A DNA stretch of 64,000 bases from a virus (lineage: Duplodnaviria; Caudoviricetes), in IMG/VR virus record IMGVR_UViG_3300028585_000519, positions 5,001 to 69,000 of that record, one strand, 5' to 3'. Below, piece after piece: positions 27,697-38,300 of this stretch. Numbering within the stretch: position 1 is the first letter of the stretch; each line of letters begins with the position of its first letter. Both the position numbers and the translations under genes were made by a program. Below the pieces are notes generated by a model. It saw only the letters and a program-made list of their open reading frames with translations, was not told the origin of the DNA and ran no database searches.

Positions 27697-29361
27697 ATGA
27701 GAAAACACCTACTGCTAGTGCCCGGCTTACTTTTTATGCTAGGCGGCACAGCAACCTGGGCTCAACAAGTCCCGACTGCGCCACCATTGCCAATCCCCAG
27801 CGATTCTCTGGTGGAACTGGATAGGATGCTAGCCCGGCCCCTTACCACGGCAATTGTCACGCAAGACGCGTACGATAGGATTGTCTATCAGCAGCAGGTG
27901 AAGACCAGCGGTATGGCAGTGCAACAGGGTAAGACGCTGGGCACGAGCATTACGGCCGATGACAAGGGAGGTACCCTCAATGTGGGCTCCTTTGGCATCG
28001 GCCGAGCAAAGAGAGTGGCTGTGCAAGGCACGGTCAATTACAAGGCAGAAGACGGGTTCGTAAAGCTGTTTGTAAACGAGAAGTATCAAAAAACACTCAG
28101 CTTTGGCGGTACTGCCCTCTGGTTTAGAGCCCCTAAAAAATCATTCGCTGATGAAGACCGGCAAAAGCTGCATAATAAGTTGCGTAAAGAGCGCAAAGAG
28201 GATGCTGCGTACTGGTCGGCTGAGGCGAATGATGCTCGCTGGAAGCTAGCCTACACCGAGTACAAGGGAAAGCTTGCGAGTTTTCGCAAGTACCGTAAGC
28301 TTTTTGGTCAGTGGCTGACCGATGGCCTCGATAATACGGTCCTGCAGGCTTATTTACGAGATGGAACATTCCCCCCGATGGGCGCTGACAGGTTGAGGTG
28401 GTATGATAAGACGGGTAAGAATCTAGGTAGGGAAGACACAGATGATATGGCGGCACAGGAGCTTTATCTCAAGTACTTGAAGGTAGAGCAGGATGTCCTT
28501 CCCCTGCTTGACGTAGACTTGCCGTATTCTACTAGAACGCTGCCTGAAAAGAAGGCCATGCCTAAGCAGAAATGGGCGTCATTGACCTACCAGGAAGAAG
28601 TTCAAAGGCTAAAGGACTTACTCGTATTTAGTGGCGACTCTGCTCAGTATACAGAAGCTTGGCTGACGAAGCGACTAATGTTGTATTGGCTGGAAGCCGA
28701 CCGCAAGCGGCTCAGTGCGCGTGCGAGCCGCTACGATTCCCTGCAGCATAAAGTGAATTGGACTGGGCAAACCCGGTTTTGGACGAGCCTCTCTGTTTTC
28801 TACAACACGGTCAAGCAACCCATCTTTTCAGCCGCTAATAAGAAGCAGACCTACGCGGATGAGATTGTAGATGACTACTTTAAAGGAGAATTGGCCATGA
28901 ACTGGCTCTGGGAAACGGGCGTAGTTAATTCGTACGTTTCGGCTGGGGCTGGCCTGGATAACATGCTCGTGTTTTCTAAGAAAAATCTGCTTACCTATCA
29001 AACGAGTAGCCGACAAGCGACTGGCATTGGCAATGATTCTGCCCTGGTTGTAACGCAAAAGCAGCTCTACGCGGCCGTGCCGCCGGGGGGCTGGTACGTA
29101 AATCCCCACGTGCAAGCGGCCTTTACGGTGCCGCAGTGGCAGAATGTGGGGCTCTCGCTTAGTGCGGATTTTTTAGTGAATTTAACCCAAGCCAAGGCGC
29201 AGAACCAATACAGCTACCGAGCCGGTATTTTTATTCCCGTCCAGACCACCAAAAGTACGCTGCTACTCATGCCTCAAATTCGGTGGAAAAATACCGACCA
29301 GCCAAACCCCTGGACGTTTGGATTCAGCCTAACGGCCTCCGTGCCAGGGCTTTTAAAATAA
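27697..29361 (+). CDS. Secreted cargo (moron) protein of unknown function
   Basis: Signal peptide ending TWAQ; visibly lower GC; terminators on both sides. Confidence 0.75.
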   Translation: MRKHLLLVPGLLFMLGGTATWAQQVPTAPPLPIPSDSLVELDRMLARPLTTAIVTQDAYDRIVYQQQVKTSGMAVQQGKTLGTSITADDKGGTLNVGSFGIGRAKRVAVQGTVNYKAEDGFVKLFVNEKYQKTLSFGGTALWFRAPKKSFADEDRQKLHNKLRKERKEDAAYWSAEANDARWKLAYTEYKGKLASFRKYRKLFGQWLTDGLDNTVLQAYLRDGTFPPMGADRLRWYDKTGKNLGREDTDDMAAQELYLKYLKVEQDVLPLLDVDLPYSTRTLPEKKAMPKQKWASLTYQEEVQRLKDLLVFSGDSAQYTEAWLTKRLMLYWLEADRKRLSARASRYDSLQHKVNWTGQTRFWTSLSVFYNTVKQPIFSAANKKQTYADEIVDDYFKGELAMNWLWETGVVNSYVSAGAGLDNMLVFSKKNLLTYQTSSRQATGIGNDSALVVTQKQLYAAVPPGGWYVNPHVQAAFTVPQWQNVGLSLSADFLVNLTQAKAQNQYSYRAGIFIPVQTTKSTLLLMPQIRWKNTDQPNPWTFGFSLTASVPGLLK

Positions 29362-29378
29362 GTCATTTTGCAGAGTGT

Positions 29379-29412
29379 AAAGCCCCGCCGGAGCCAACCG
29401 GTGGGGCTTTTT
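29379..29412 (+). terminator. Intrinsic terminator
   Basis: AAAGCCCCGCCGG/CCGGTGGGGCTTT plus T tract. Confidence 0.75.
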
Positions 29413-29415
29413 GCT

Positions 29416-29450
29416 GTCCTTTTTGGCGGCAATTGCCACGCGCAGCTTTG
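29416..29450 (+). promoter_or_regulatory. Phage late promoter motif, copy 5
   Basis: GTCCTTT-N20-CAGCTTTG with GGCAATTGCC; ATG 4 nt downstream. Confidence 0.75.
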
Positions 29451-29454
29451 TGGC

Positions 29455-30276
29455 ATGCACGAAGTAGAATGGAATAAGCAGCCCAAGGAAGTGGCCGCGA
29501 CGTGGGACGAGCTGAGCCTGGTCCAACTGCCCCGGGTGGTCGCCATTTTGTACGGTAACTATACCGATGTCAATCGGCAGCGTATCGAGTTGCTGGAGGT
29601 ACTGCTGGGCGTCAGCCGCCCGCTGCTGCTGCGCCTCACACCGGTGCAGCTACTGGAGATTTTCTGGCTCACCGACTTCGTGCTCGCGGCGCCCGTGGCC
29701 CGCACCTTGGTCGTGGCCCCGGCCCTGCGCCCGGCCCGCTTCCGGCCCACCTACTACGCCCCGGCCGACGAGCTGGCCAACGTGAGCTTCCTGGAGTTCG
29801 CCTTCGCCGATGCCTACTTCGTGGCCTACTGCCAGGGCCGCGACCCGCAGTGGCTCCACCACCTGCTGGGCGTGCTCTACCGCCCCCAGCGCGCCCGCTA
29901 CCGGCCCCGCGCGGCCGACTACGGCGGCGACCGCCGCGCCGATTTCAACGAGCACCTCATTGAGCGCCACGCCGCCCGGCTGGCCCGGCTGCCCGAGGCC
30001 ACCAAGCTGCTCGTCTTTGCCTGGTACCAGGGCTGCCGGCACGCGCTGGAGCAGCGCTACCCGCACGTGTTCACGCCGGCCAATCAGGAGCAGGCCAAGG
30101 CCCACCCCGATGGCTGGGCCTTCGTGCTGCGCGAAATGAGTGGCCAGGCCTTCGGCTCGTTCACCGAAACCGGCCGCCAGCCCGCGCACCAGGTGCTCTC
30201 GAAGATGAATGACGACATCGCCCGCGCCGAGGAGCTGCGGCGCCAGGAGGAAGCCCAACACCACACCACCAACTAG
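29455..30276 (+). CDS. Tail assembly chaperone-like protein
   Basis: First gene of the tail module; homologous remnant at 55272. Confidence 0.55.
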   Translation: MHEVEWNKQPKEVAATWDELSLVQLPRVVAILYGNYTDVNRQRIELLEVLLGVSRPLLLRLTPVQLLEIFWLTDFVLAAPVARTLVVAPALRPARFRPTYYAPADELANVSFLEFAFADAYFVAYCQGRDPQWLHHLLGVLYRPQRARYRPRAADYGGDRRADFNEHLIERHAARLARLPEATKLLVFAWYQGCRHALEQRYPHVFTPANQEQAKAHPDGWAFVLREMSGQAFGSFTETGRQPAHQVLSKMNDDIARAEELRRQEEAQHHTTN

Positions 30277-30279
30277 TTC

Positions 30280-30813
30280 ATGCGTTTAACTACCTACAAC
30301 CAGCTGCTTAGCGAGCTGGCCCGCCGCCACAAGGCCATTGCCGCCACCCCCGAAAACGGCCGCTTCCTGCGCATTTTTATCTCGGCCGACCCGGTGCAGA
30401 AGCAGGTCGACCTGATGCAGTTTCAGAGTAGCATGCGCTCGGCCCTCAAGGCGCCGGCGGGGCAGCCCTTCCTCGTGGCCGAAAACTATCAGGTGGACTA
30501 CGGCGACAATCAGGGCGACTACTTCAGCCGCGAGTTTCGCGGGGCCTACCTGGTGCTCCAGCGCGCCGAACTCAACAACTACGCCGCCCGCGACGAGGCC
30601 ATTGCTCACTGCGAAACCATCGCCGAGCAGCTGCTCGGCGCCTTGGTGGTGCAGTTGCGCGAGGAGCACGCGGCCGATATCAGCGTGCGCGATGCCTGGC
30701 TCGAGCACATCGGCCCGCTCAGCGATTTAAGCGTGGGCGTGCGCCTGAGCTTCACCTGGAGCGAGCCGGCTGGCGACGAGTTAGTATTCGACGAAAACCA
30801 CTTTACTGCTTAA
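30280..30813 (+). CDS. Tail terminator or completion-like protein
   Basis: Size and position. Confidence 0.5.
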   Translation: MRLTTYNQLLSELARRHKAIAATPENGRFLRIFISADPVQKQVDLMQFQSSMRSALKAPAGQPFLVAENYQVDYGDNQGDYFSREFRGAYLVLQRAELNNYAARDEAIAHCETIAEQLLGALVVQLREEHAADISVRDAWLEHIGPLSDLSVGVRLSFTWSEPAGDELVFDENHFTA

Positions 30814-30816
30814 CCG

Positions 30817-32871
30817 ATGGCCGGCGAACGCTTAAGTAAAATCACCATCCTGGCTAGTTTTTCCCCCAACGACATGGTGCGGGCTAGCCAAACTACCGAG
30901 GTGCGCCTGCGCCTGGGCGGGGTCTGGATGAGCTACTACCGGGGGGCTTACACCCAGCAGCATCAGTTCATCGTGCCCGACCCCGATGACGTGCAGCGCG
31001 CCTACGTGCAGCAGGCCGTGGATAACTTCCTGGCCCTAATCAAGCTCGACATTCAGTCGCGCGGGCTGCCCTACGTGGTGTCGGCCTCGCGCGACCTGGG
31101 CAACGACTTATTCACGGGCTGGCCCAACATTGCCTTCGACATCGAGGCCACGCAGTACAGCGCCCTCTTTGACCTCGACTTTGAGAATCGGGGCTCGACC
31201 TCGCCGCCGGGCTGGGTCGTGCAGCGGCGCCTGACCACGTTGCAGCCCATCGTGTGCTTCCCCCTGTTCAACCCGACCGGCGTTTTTGGCTCGGCCACGG
31301 GCAGCATCCACCTGTCGGCGTATCAGGGTAACCGGCAACCTTTCACCTACACCTGGGCCGACATCGGCCTGGCCACGAATAGGCGCGAGAACCTGGCGGC
31401 GGGCACCTACGTGTGCGTTATCGGCGACCAGGACGGCGTCTCGACCACCGTGACGGTGAACATTACGAGTGATGCGCAGCTGCAAGTCACCGTGCAGCAA
31501 ACCGAGGACAGCCTCACGCTGCTCGTGAGTGGGGGCGTGGCGCCCTACACCGTGCTGTGGGACGACGGCGCCACGGCCTTTGAGCGCCTGAACCTGGCCG
31601 CGGGCACCTACGGGGCCGTGGTAACCGATGCCAAGGGCGCCAGCCAGCGCATCACGGCCACGCTGCTGCCCAACCGCTGCTACTTCAGCCACAACCCCGT
31701 GCGCCTGGCCCTGGACGCCGGCGACGCCTACCGCCTCGACCCCACCACCAAGCCCAACCTGAGCTTCGTGGCCCAGGTGTGGGTAGAGCTGGAATACGGC
31801 GCCGGCAACTTCGTGCAGGTAGGCCCGGAGCTGGAGCAGCCGGCCGATGCCGGCGGGCGCACGGTGTTCGACGTGCAGGCCCTGCTCGACATCCACGTGC
31901 GCGAGCACGTGCCGGCGCCCTCGGCCCCGCTCGCGGCCCGGGCCGAGGGCGTGTTCACGCGCTTCTACCTCAAGAGTGCCGAGAAGTTTGGTACGCCGCC
32001 CGTGACGGCGCCGCTGGCCACGGCCCAGGTGCACGTGGTGCTGTGCGGGGGCCTGAGCCCGGCCGAGGCCGTCGCTGGCAACTGGCCCGCCTACCAGGCG
32101 GCCGTGCAGCCGTTTCTCACCTGGGAGCCCGACTATCAGCGCGTGCTGCCGGCCCAGCCCGCCTACCTCTACTACCAGCACGTGGCCACCGATGGCGACG
32201 TGCTGCTCTGGAGCAAAGTGCACCACGTCGACGGCACGAGCACCGACAGCCAGCTCACGACCCTGGCCAAGGTGCGGCGCTGGGAAGTGCACTGCCTGGC
32301 CGTGGGGCCGGCCGCGCTGGGCCTGGCCGGCCCCGAGGTCGCCGGCTACGACGTGTGGCTGGCCACGGCCGCCGGCGTGCGGCGCAGCCAGGTGCGCCAC
32401 TTCGTGCTGGAGCGCGATTTCTACCCCCAGCAGCGCTTCTTTATTTACAGTAACTCGCTGGGCGGGGCCAACGTGCTCGCGGCCCTGGGCACGGCCAAGC
32501 AGACGCTGGAGGTGGTGGCCACCGAGGCGCAGCGCCCGGCCTACGACCCCGACCTGGGCGACGTGGCCACGCTCGACCGCCTGGGCACGCCCACGCTGAG
32601 CGTCATTACCGGCCCGCGCCGGCGCGACCAGGTGCAGGCCGACCAGGAGCTGCTCTACTCGCGCCGGGTGGTCTTGCTCAAAGAGGGCCAGTACTGGCCG
32701 GGCCGCGTGGCGCCGGCCACCTACACCGTGCGCGACGAGGAGCAGGGCCTGGCCCGGCTGGCCTTCGACTTCGTGCTCGCCCAGCAGCGCCACTTCAGCC
32801 CCCGGCTGCCGGCCGTGGTGGCGGGGGCCAGTGTCACGCCGGTTGCCGGCTGGGAAGGAGCCACGCCATGA
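30817..32871 (+). CDS. Tail-tip or virion protein with two SprB-like repeats
   Basis: GSIHL...PFTYTW...ENLAAGTYVCVIGD and SGGVAPYTVLW...NLAAGTYGAVVTDAKG. Confidence 0.7.
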   Translation: MAGERLSKITILASFSPNDMVRASQTTEVRLRLGGVWMSYYRGAYTQQHQFIVPDPDDVQRAYVQQAVDNFLALIKLDIQSRGLPYVVSASRDLGNDLFTGWPNIAFDIEATQYSALFDLDFENRGSTSPPGWVVQRRLTTLQPIVCFPLFNPTGVFGSATGSIHLSAYQGNRQPFTYTWADIGLATNRRENLAAGTYVCVIGDQDGVSTTVTVNITSDAQLQVTVQQTEDSLTLLVSGGVAPYTVLWDDGATAFERLNLAAGTYGAVVTDAKGASQRITATLLPNRCYFSHNPVRLALDAGDAYRLDPTTKPNLSFVAQVWVELEYGAGNFVQVGPELEQPADAGGRTVFDVQALLDIHVREHVPAPSAPLAARAEGVFTRFYLKSAEKFGTPPVTAPLATAQVHVVLCGGLSPAEAVAGNWPAYQAAVQPFLTWEPDYQRVLPAQPAYLYYQHVATDGDVLLWSKVHHVDGTSTDSQLTTLAKVRRWEVHCLAVGPAALGLAGPEVAGYDVWLATAAGVRRSQVRHFVLERDFYPQQRFFIYSNSLGGANVLAALGTAKQTLEVVATEAQRPAYDPDLGDVATLDRLGTPTLSVITGPRRRDQVQADQELLYSRRVVLLKEGQYWPGRVAPATYTVRDEEQGLARLAFDFVLAQQRHFSPRLPAVVAGASVTPVAGWEGATP

Positions 32872-34316
32872 TACGCATGGTGACCGTCGTGGAGCAGCGC
32901 GAGCTGCTGCTGCCCACCGAGCTGAGCCTCGACATCGACAACCCTGGCTTCCAGCCCGATGCCATCCCCGGCACCTGGTCGCTGCCCTTCGACTTGCCCT
33001 GGGCGCGCGAAAACCTGCTGGCCCTGGGCTTTCCGCACTGGCAGCGCACGCCCGGCGGCCCGGCGCCGGTGGCCGTGGACGTGTACCTGGACGAGGTGCG
33101 CTGGCGGCGCGGTAAGCTCGTGTACGTGAGCGTGGACGTGCCGGCCCAACTGCTCAAATACAACTTTGTAGCCGATGCCGCCGACTTGGCCACGCTTATC
33201 AAAGACGTCAAGCTCGACACGCTCGACCTGGGGCAGATACCGCTGGAGCGCACGACGACGGCCCAAGCCTACGCCCTGCTGCCGGTGCGCAACAAGTCGT
33301 TCTACGGCGACGTGGACAAGGCCCCGGCCGGCTACAACGGCTACCTCAACTACTTCAACGGCGGCTACCCAGGCGATACGGTGCTGGCGCCGCAGCCCTA
33401 CCTCGTGCCCATCGTGCGCCAGGTGCTGGCTCACTTCGGCTACGAGCTGGTGGGCGCCTGGGCCGACGACCCCGAAATGCAGACGGCCGTTATCTACTCC
33501 GACCGCCTGTGCACCGACCCCGGGACGGTAACGCTCAACCGGCACGTGCCGGCCATCAACGTGGCCGACCTGCTGCTGGGCGTGGCCGGCCTGTTCTGCC
33601 TACAACTCTACTTCAATCCGCTCACCCGCCAGGCCCGCTTTACGCCCCTGCGGGGCGTCGTGGCCGGCGCCGGGGCCGGCCAGCGCGCCCGCCCGGGCGC
33701 GTGGCTGGGCAGCACGGCCAACACTACCAACGGCTTCCTGCTCAAACAGGAGCCCGACAGCAACGACGAGCTGGACAAGTCGCTCGACACGGCCTGGCAG
33801 CTGCTGCGCGTGGGCGCCGGCGGCGAGGAGCAGACGGTGAAGGCCGGCACCCTGCACATGGTCGACGTGACCGAAGGGGGCCGCAACTGGCTGGTGCCGG
33901 CCTACGAGGGCAAGGGCGCGGTACCGGGCAACCCTGACGTGGGCGACGAATCGAAGGTGGGCCTGCGCCTGCTCTTCAACCGGGGCGTTCAGCCCGACTC
34001 GGCTGGGCAGGGCTACCCGCTAGGCAGCAGCGGCACCACCGACCGCACTGGGGGCTCGGTGGGCCAGTACGCGCTGCAATGGGCGGGGGCGCAGGGCCTC
34101 TACCAGGTGTGGCACAAACCCTGGCTCGACTTCCGCGCCCGGGCCGTGCAGCACACCTACCTGAGCGCGCTGCGCGTGGGCGACTTGCTAACGCTCGACC
34201 CCAGCCAGGCTGACCTGGTCGATTACCACCTCTGCTTCTGGGAAAAGGTCAGCTTATCGGTGGCCGCCGGCAGCGCCCTTACTTCCGCCACCTTCACTTA
34301 TCAGGAATTGCTGTGA
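32868..34316 (+). CDS. Minor tail or hub protein (putative)
   Basis: Coupled to the upstream tail gene. Confidence 0.6.
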   Translation: MIRMVTVVEQRELLLPTELSLDIDNPGFQPDAIPGTWSLPFDLPWARENLLALGFPHWQRTPGGPAPVAVDVYLDEVRWRRGKLVYVSVDVPAQLLKYNFVADAADLATLIKDVKLDTLDLGQIPLERTTTAQAYALLPVRNKSFYGDVDKAPAGYNGYLNYFNGGYPGDTVLAPQPYLVPIVRQVLAHFGYELVGAWADDPEMQTAVIYSDRLCTDPGTVTLNRHVPAINVADLLLGVAGLFCLQLYFNPLTRQARFTPLRGVVAGAGAGQRARPGAWLGSTANTTNGFLLKQEPDSNDELDKSLDTAWQLLRVGAGGEEQTVKAGTLHMVDVTEGGRNWLVPAYEGKGAVPGNPDVGDESKVGLRLLFNRGVQPDSAGQGYPLGSSGTTDRTGGSVGQYALQWAGAQGLYQVWHKPWLDFRARAVQHTYLSALRVGDLLTLDPSQADLVDYHLCFWEKVSLSVAAGSALTSATFTYQELL

Positions 34317-34801
34317 GCACCGAAACCATCGACCTCTCCCAAAGCTTCGCCCAAGACGAGCGCGACGTGGCCCTGGCCTGGCTCAAGTTCACCATCGAGC
34401 ACTTCCAGGCCAACATCAAGCGCCTCAAAATCGGCGCCACGCAGGAGCTACGCGATAGCTTCTCGGGCACGCTGGTGAGCGCGGCCGGCGGCGACGAGCT
34501 GAAGCTGCGCATCGCCTACGCCATCCAGGGCATGTACGTGGATATGGGCGTGGGCCGCGGCATGGGCGCCGGCGTCACTAAGGCCGGCGGGCGCGACGAA
34601 AGGAACCGTGACTACAACGAGCTGCGCAACAACCGGGGCCAGCTCAACCGCCACGAGCGCCGGGCCAAGCGCTGGTACGGCAAGCAAATCGCCTTCGATA
34701 GCCGCCGCCTGGCCGAACTCGTGAGCGATTTGTGGGGCAAAACCTTGATTTCAACCATCACCACGGCCGCGCCGGAGAAGCCTGTGCAGGTAGTTTTTTA
34801 A
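34313..34801 (+). CDS. Tail or neck completion-like protein
   Basis: TQELRDSF...YGMYVDMGVG-like basic motif; position. Confidence 0.5.
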   Translation: MSTETIDLSQSFAQDERDVALAWLKFTIEHFQANIKRLKIGATQELRDSFSGTLVSAAGGDELKLRIAYAIQGMYVDMGVGRGMGAGVTKAGGRDERNRDYNELRNNRGQLNRHERRAKRWYGKQIAFDSRRLAELVSDLWGKTLISTITTAAPEKPVQVVF

Positions 34802-34858
34802 CGCCGACCTCTGCGGCTTCGTGGTTTTGTTAGCTAATAACAACGACTACAGGCGGTT

Positions 34859-35191
34859 TCACCCTCCTGGCGCTTTGCCGATATTGCTATTGCTAACGCC
34901 TGTCCAGAGCGCGCAAAAGAGACCGCCTACCACCAATAAGGCCAGTGCGTAGGCTAAGGCCTGGTCGTATCGACCAGTTACTAGCTTGAATACCAGGCAA
35001 ACTAAATTGCCTAGTGTGCCGATAGCCAAGGTGAAGAAGACTACAATTAAGGCAGTTAAGGCGGTATTATAATCAAGGCCGATGGATAAGGCCAATACGT
35101 ATAGCCCCATTAAGACTGCAATAAGCCCATTGAACAAGAGGGCACCCGCGTTGAGTTGCCAGAAAGAGGGCCTTATTGATTCGTCTGTCAT
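34859..35191 (-). CDS. Antisense 3-TM membrane moron
   Basis: 110 aa hydrophobic, lower GC, opposite strand inside the tail module. Confidence 0.7.
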   Translation of the reverse strand: MTDESIRPSFWQLNAGALLFNGLIAVLMGLYVLALSIGLDYNTALTALIVVFFTLAIGTLGNLVCLVFKLVTGRYDQALAYALALLVVGGLFCALWTGVSNSNIGKAPGG

Positions 35192-35228
35192 GCAGTAGGA
35201 AGGACGGGCAAGATACGCCCTGTTAGCT

Positions 35229-35263
35229 GTCCTTTTTGCCGGCAATTGCCGCTTGCACCTTCG
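35229..35263 (+). promoter_or_regulatory. Phage late promoter motif, copy 6
   Basis: GTCCTTT-N20-CACCTTCG with GGCAATTGCC. Confidence 0.7.
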
Positions 35264-35307
35264 CCCTGCAATTAGTGCAGAGGATTTTGTGAAGGAGACA
35301 AAGCGGG

Positions 35308-38300
35308 ATGGCAAAACAGCCAACAGAGGAAAGAACCGTTGAAATTATCGTCAACGGGGCGAAGGCGAATGCGAGCCTGAAAGAGATGGCGGCTGCGGCG
35401 GCCGTGCTCAGCAACCAGGTGGCGAAAATCGCCGCCGACGACCCCAAGCGCGGGGAGCTCATAGCCCAGCTGCAGCAGATGCGCCAGCGCATCACCGACA
35501 CCCGGGCCGAAGTCAACGGCCTGGTGCAGTCGCAGGAGCAGCTAGCCGCCGCGCAGGCCGCCACCGTAGCCGAGCAGGCGCGGGCCATCGCGTCGGGCAA
35601 AGCCAGCACGGCCTCGCTCACGCAGATGAGAACCGCCGCCGGGCTGCTGGAAAAGCAGCTCCACGAGCTGGCGGCCGACGACCCGGCCCGGGCGGGGCTG
35701 ATTGCCGATTTCCAGGCCCTGCAGGCGCGCATGGGCGCGGCCCGGGAGGAAATGACGCGGGTGGTGAAAACCGAGGCCGAGCTACGCGCCGAGCAGGAGG
35801 CCCTGCGCGCTAGCCAGGTGCAGCTCGTGGTCAATGGCCAGCGGGTGTCGGCCTCGATGCGCGAAATGCGCGAGGCGGCGGCCCAGCTGGAGGGGGAGCT
35901 GGAGCAGCTGGGCCAGGACGACCCGGCCCGGGGGCCGCTCATTGCCGCGCTGCAGCAGATGCGTGTCCGCATTCACGACGTGCAGCAGGAAGTGGCCGGC
36001 GTGAGCCGCACGACCAGCACCATGAAGCAGGTCATGACCAACGCGTTTGCCTTCGCCGTGGGCGGCGGTATCGAGCAGGGTATTGAGAAAGTGGGGGAGA
36101 TGGGCAAGTCCATCTTCGACACCACGGCCAAGTTCGAGACCTACGGCAAGGTGCTGGCCAACGCCCTGGGCAGCGAGTCGCTGGGGCAGAAAGCCCTGGC
36201 CGATATCCAGCAGATGGCGGCCAAAACGCCGATTTCGGTCGATACGCTCACCAGCTCGTTTATCAAGTTCGTCAACCGGGGCCTCACGCCCTCGATGGCC
36301 GAGCTTTCCAAGCTCGGCGACTTGGCCAGCAGCCAGGGCAAGGACTTCGACTAGCTCACGGAGGCGGTGCTCGATGCGGGCACCGGCGAGTTTGAGCGCC
36401 TCAAAGAATTCGGCATCTCGGCTAGCAAGTCTGGCGACCAGGTGTCGTTCAGTTTCAAGGGCGTCAATCAGACGGTGGCCAACACCCCGGCCGCCATCCA
36501 GGGCGCCATCGTGGCGCTGGGCGAAATGAAGGGCGTGGCTGGCGGCATGAAAATGATTGCCGAGGGCCTCGACGGCCAGCTCTCCAACCTGGGCGACACG
36601 GCCGACCAAACGGCAGTGGAGTGGGGGCAGGTGCTGCGCCCGGCCTTCGTGGCCGTGCTCAGTACCCTGGGCTTCCTGCTGGGCATGCTCAAGGCCGTGC
36701 CCAGCCTGATAAAAGAAAATAAGGGCGTCATCCTGGCGCTGGCCGGCGCGCTCGTGGTGCTCAATGCCGAGCAAGTCACCTGGAACCTGATGCTGCTCGA
36801 GGAGGCCGTGCGCACCAAGGCAGGCCTGGTTTGGAAGGCGGCCTCGGCCACGGCCACCAACGTGATGACCTTTAGCTGGCAGGGGCTCAACGCCGCCATG
36901 CGGGCCAACCCCATCGGCTTTGTTATTGGCCTGGTGATGCTGCTGGTGGGCGCCATTGTGGCGGCGTACGAGAAGAGTGAGACGTTTCGCAACATCGTCG
37001 CCGGGCTGGGGGCCTCGCTCAAAGAGTTTGCCGTGACCTACGTGCAGGGGCTCATTACCGCCCTCACGGGCCTGGGCGACGTGCTGATTGGCACGGTTAC
37101 CCTCGACCCCGAGCGGGTGAAAAAAGGCATGCAGGAGGGCTTCGCCGGGGTCAAGGCCATGTACTGGGATTCGGGTAAAAATGCCGCCAAAGCCTTCGGG
37201 GAGGGCTATAAGGAGGAAGCGGCCCGGCAAGACCACGAGGCCAACAAACAGTACGAGGAGCGCCGCAAGGAATTTGCTCAGCGCATCAAGGATGCCCTGG
37301 CCAAGCGGGCCAAAGACGAGGCGGAGGCGGCCAAATCCGGCCGGCTGGAAGCGCTCAAAAACGAGGAGGCCGACCTGAAGGAGCGCCTGGCCAAGGCTCG
37401 CGAGGGCTCGGAGGCCGAGATGCGCCTCAAGCAGCAGCTCGTGACCAACGCGGCGGCCCAGGAGCTGCTGGATGAAAAGAAAACCGCCGCCGACCGGCGC
37501 ATTATCCTGGCTGAGGCGGAGGGCAAGCGCGTGCAGCTAGCCCAGGAATTCTACGAAAAACAGGCCAAGGAGCGGGAAGCGGCGGCCAAGAAAGCGGCCG
37601 AGGAGGAGCTGAAGCGCCGCCTGGCCGATATTGAGGCCGAGCAGCACCACCAGGAAGCCAAGCTCAAGCTGGGCCAGGCCGCGATGGTGGCCCGGGGCGA
37701 CGAGCGCGTGAGCGAGTTGTCGGCCATTTATACCGATGGCCAGTTGAAGATTGCCGCGTTAGAGGCGAACAGCAAGAAGGAAATCCTCAAGCTCACCGGC
37801 ACGGCTGCTCAGAAAAAGGCGCGCACCCTCGACCTGGAAAACGAACTGGCGGCCGAAAAGGCCCTGCTGGAGGATAAAGTGCGCGTAGCCCAGCAGGAAA
37901 AGCTGGATAAGTGGGCCAAGGAGGATGCAGCCAAGCAGGAGAAATTTATCGACGGGCAAATCGAGAACATTGAGGAGCAGGCCACGCGCCAGCAGCAGGC
38001 CTTCGATGTGCTGCTCAGCGCCGGGCTGGAGTCCCAGCAATCCGCCGAAGCGGCCAAGTACGAGGCCCGGCAGGCGGCTTTTCAGAAGGAGCTAATCCTG
38101 ATTGAGGCGAGCCTGGGCAAGGAGAGTGCGGCCTATAAGCGGGTGTACGACAAAATGGTGAAAGACCAGACCGATACCACTAAGCGGGAGGTGGCCCTGC
38201 GCGAAAAAGTGACCAAGGAAAAAATCGCGCTCCAACGGATGGAGATGTCCGTCGCCGGCGACGTGCTCAGCTTCGGGCTGGAGCTGCTGGGCCAGGATGA

